Below, piece after piece: positions 61,311 to 64,000 of a stretch of 64,000 bases of DNA. The notes below the pieces were generated by a model. That model was not told the origin of the DNA, ran no database searches, and was given only the letters and a program-made list of their open reading frames with translations. The translations under genes and the position numbers were made by a program. Where the stretch lies: NCBI GenBank assembly GCA_026770705.1, contig JANJGN010000022.1:14074001-14138000 (forward strand). The letters are read 5' to 3'. Within the stretch, counting starts at the first letter, position 1. Each line of letters opens with the position of its first letter. Source of the stretch: Isurus oxyrinchus (lineage: Eukaryota).

Positions 61311-61974
61311 GCCCCCTCTGAGCTGCACAGCTCTACATGTTGGGCTTTTTATATTATTTCGCATGTGTGGCATGCAAAAAAAAAAATGCAAAGGGTCATT
61401 CACTTAAACAAATCACCCATAAACTGCACAAAAGGTAACAAAGGCATGGATGTGGATTTTGTCTGCACATGAGGTAAGGTAGGGATATATATATACAGAG
61501 ATGGAAGTTGGCAGTGTTGGGGTGGAGTTTTCCATGCTTGCTGGTGTCAGGCATCTTTGGTGGTGTGAGCAGACAATATGGTGAGAAGGCCAGAAATTGT
61601 GAAGCCAGTTTGCGATCATCCACTCAGCCCATCGATGGCGGGCTGCGTTTCCCGCACTTTAAATTTGGTGCCCAGCGTGATGAAGCGGCAAGGTGATGGC
61701 GTGGCTGGCGAATGAACATGGGATCGGAAGCATATCTTGGTCAGTTAGGATATCAAGGTTATGAACAAGTTAGTTCACCTTAGACAGTTGCAAAGGTTGT
61801 TGGATAGAAAATTGACTTTGTGGTGGGGACTGAAGGCAATTGTTCTGGTCTTACAAATATTTAGTTGGAGGCAATTTCTATTCAGCCAGAACTAGTTGTT
61901 GGATGAGGTGCGTGACAAAACAGAGGCAACGAGAAAAGTGACAAGTAGAGTAAGACAAACCCCTTCATCGAGGA

Positions 61975-62612
61975 ATCACTCTCTGAACTGCTTCCAATAG
62001 AGACCAAAACTGTACATGTACTCCAGATGTGGTTTCACTAAGACGCTGTATAACTGTGGCAATACTTCCCTACTTTTATATTCCATTGTCCTTGCAACAA
62101 AGGCCAACATTCCATTTGGCTTTCTAACTACTTACTGTTCTTGCATGCTAGCTTTTTGTGATCCATGTACCAAGACACCCAGATCCCTCTGTACCACAGA
62201 TTTCTGCAATCTCTCTCCATTTAAATAATATTTTGCTTTTCTATTCTTCCTGCCAAAATAGATAAGATCACATTTTCCCATTATACTTCATCTGCCAGGT
62301 TTTTGCCCACATAACCTACTTATGTCCCTTTGAAGACTCGCTATCCTACCTATGTTTGTGCCACTAGCAAATTTAGCTACCATCCACTCTGTGCCTGCAT
62401 CCAAATCATTAATCTAGATTGTAAATAGTTGAGGCGCCAACACTGATCCCTGTGGCACTCCACTAGTTACAGTTTACCAACCCGAAAATGACTCATTTAT
62501 CCCGACTCTCTACTTCCTGTAAGCTAACCAATCCTCTATCCATGCTATACGTTATCCCCCAACACCATGTGCTCTTATCTTTTATGTGGCACCTTATCAA
62601 ATGCCTTTTGGC
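61975..62612 (-). mobile_element. CR1-type LINE RT fragment, inverted
   Basis: Minus strand SQKAFDKVPHKR, SGVPQGSVL, HLEYMYSFG-like remnants. Confidence 0.85.
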
Positions 62613-62639
62613 TGGGTAGCAACATAATAATACCGGAGA

Positions 62640-63520
62640 ACATAGACAGACTGATAAAAAGGGTAACTATACGACAGGCGAAATTTAAAGCAGAGAATTG
62701 TGAAGCGATACATTTTGGTAGTATAATTTTAAAGAGGGTTGAGAAACCGAGAGACCTACAGGTGTATGCACACAACAGGACAAGCTGTGAAGACAATTTA
62801 AAAACAGCATAAGGGATCCTTGGCTTTATTAATTGAGGTATCAAGTAAAAAGCAAGGAAGTTATACAAATCCTCTATAAAACACATAGGCCTTAGCAGGA
62901 GTTGGTGTTCAATCCTAGGCACCTTTTATTTCTGGAAGAATGTTAAGGCCTTAGAGGGTGCAAAGGAAATTTCTAGAATGATACCGGGCTGAAAGGCTTG
63001 AATCATGTGGAGAAGACTTTCTTTAGAACAGAGAAACTTAAGAGGAGGTTTGATACAGGTGTTCAAAATCACAAATGATTTTGATAAAAAGAGAAACTGG
63101 AATGGTCAGTAACCAAAGGATATAGATTTAAAGTGATTGGCAAAAGAACTAGGGGGTAACAGGAAGGCATTTTTATTATAGTGAGTTATTGTGATCTGGA
63201 ATGCATTGCCTGAAAGGGTGGTGAAAGCAGATGCTATAGTAATTTTGAAAAAGGAATTGGATAAATACTTGAAAGGAAAACTATGTGCAGAGATATGGGG
63301 AAAGAGGGAGGTTCTGGGAGTAACTCTTTCGAGTACAAACCCGTTTCCATCTGTTTCAGATGAAGTTACATTGTTCCATAGTTTGCTATTGTGAGATTTG
63401 AACTCTTGATCTTGGGGTTACAAACCCAGTACCATAACCGCTTGGCTTTTCAAAGAACTGGCAGGGGAGGAATGGTCTGCATGGCTTCCTTTTGTTAGTA
63501 TCATATCCTATGACTCTATA
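62640..63520 (+). mobile_element. CR1-type LINE 3' fragment containing a SINE insertion
   Basis: IDRL...KFKAENCEAIHFG, LRGGLIQVFKI, IWNALPERVVKADAIVILKKELDKYLK; tail ...TCCTATGACTCTAT. Confidence 0.8.
63320..63447 (-). mobile_element. Short tRNA-derived SINE (tRNA-Thr(TGT)-like head)
   Basis: Reverse complement AGCCAAGCGGTTATGGTACTGGGTTTGTAACCCCAAGATCAAGAGTTCAAATCTC has A box, TGT anticodon loop and B box, then about 70 nt of non-tRNA sequence. Confidence 0.6.
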
Positions 63521-63524
63521 ATTG

Positions 63525-63760
63525 ACACTTCAGTGCAGTAATGAGGGAATGCTGTATAGTGCAGGTGTCCTTTTTTTTTGGATTATATGTTAAACCAAGT
63601 CCCCAGCTGTTTGCTCAGGTGTAATCCAGTGGCATTGTTTGAAGATGAGAGGGGAGTTCTCCCTATCTGGCCATTTATTAATTTGCTTCTGTAGGACTTT
63701 ACTGTGTGCAAATCCTACCATCACGTTTGCCTGAAGAAGAGCAGTGGTTGAGCTTCAAAT
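63525..63760 (+). mobile_element. Deu-domain-type SINE fragment
   Basis: CAGTGCAGTAATGAGGGAATGCTG...TGTTAAACCAAGTCCCC...CTCAGGTG...ATCCAGTGGCATTGTTTGAAGATGAGAGGGGAGTTCTCCC resembles the Deu core. Confidence 0.6.
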
Positions 63761-64000
63761 TCCAATAGTCTTTGTTCCCATTTTTCTGACCATTGCGCCC
63801 AGTGAATGGTATTTCCAGGAGAGAACAAAAGCTTACATCTTAAATACCTAACAATTTGCACTGTTAGCTAGCTCAGCAGTACCCAGGATAGCGGCAGACT
63901 GGTAAACTAGGCCAATATTTTATTGCTAAAGGTGAGTTGCCCTTTCAGGTATTTTTCTCTCTCAAATTCTGTCCCCTTCCACTTTCACCCTATTTTCACC

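Noticed and set aside
63390-63447. Functional tRNA-Thr gene
   Set aside because: Acceptor stem incomplete, anticodon stem mispaired, no T-run terminator; better read as a SINE head.
61975-63520. Back-to-back CR1 fragments as a single 5'-inverted (twin-primed) insertion
   Set aside because: The two pieces cover overlapping parts of ORF2, which favours independent insertions.
1-64000. CRISPR arrays, rRNA genes, prokaryotic operons or intact transposase/RT ORFs
   Set aside because: None seen; the sequence is spliced vertebrate DNA and all TE coding remnants are interrupted.

Overview
Vertebrate genomic DNA, AT-rich and repeat-rich; the CR1/L2/RTE LINE, Deu-type SINE, Penelope-like and Harbinger-type MITE landscape suggests a cartilaginous fish (shark), though the species cannot be determined. 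The window holds a complete 14-exon COG1 gene on + (CDS 6050-37929, 2967 nt, 988 aa, all GT-AG introns, phases close). Upstream is a CpG-island bidirectional promoter shared with an unidentified minus-strand gene that runs off the left edge. Downstream are the 5'UTR and 19-nt first coding exon of MAP2K6 (+, ATG 47427), followed by >16 kb of its intron 1. Almost all ORF-track entries are spurious or TE fragments. Most notable: decayed minimal type I hammerhead ribozyme motifs in Penelope-like repeat ends preceded by an X-box/CCAAT/TATA cassette (two copies form an inverted pair in COG1 intron 6); a MITE family built from covarying hairpins; two uORFs in the MAP2K6 leader; and COG1-MAP2K6 adjacency that differs from the human gene order. 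I found no convincing wholly new protein-coding system. TE boundaries are approximate, and gene and family identifications rest on recall, not database searches.
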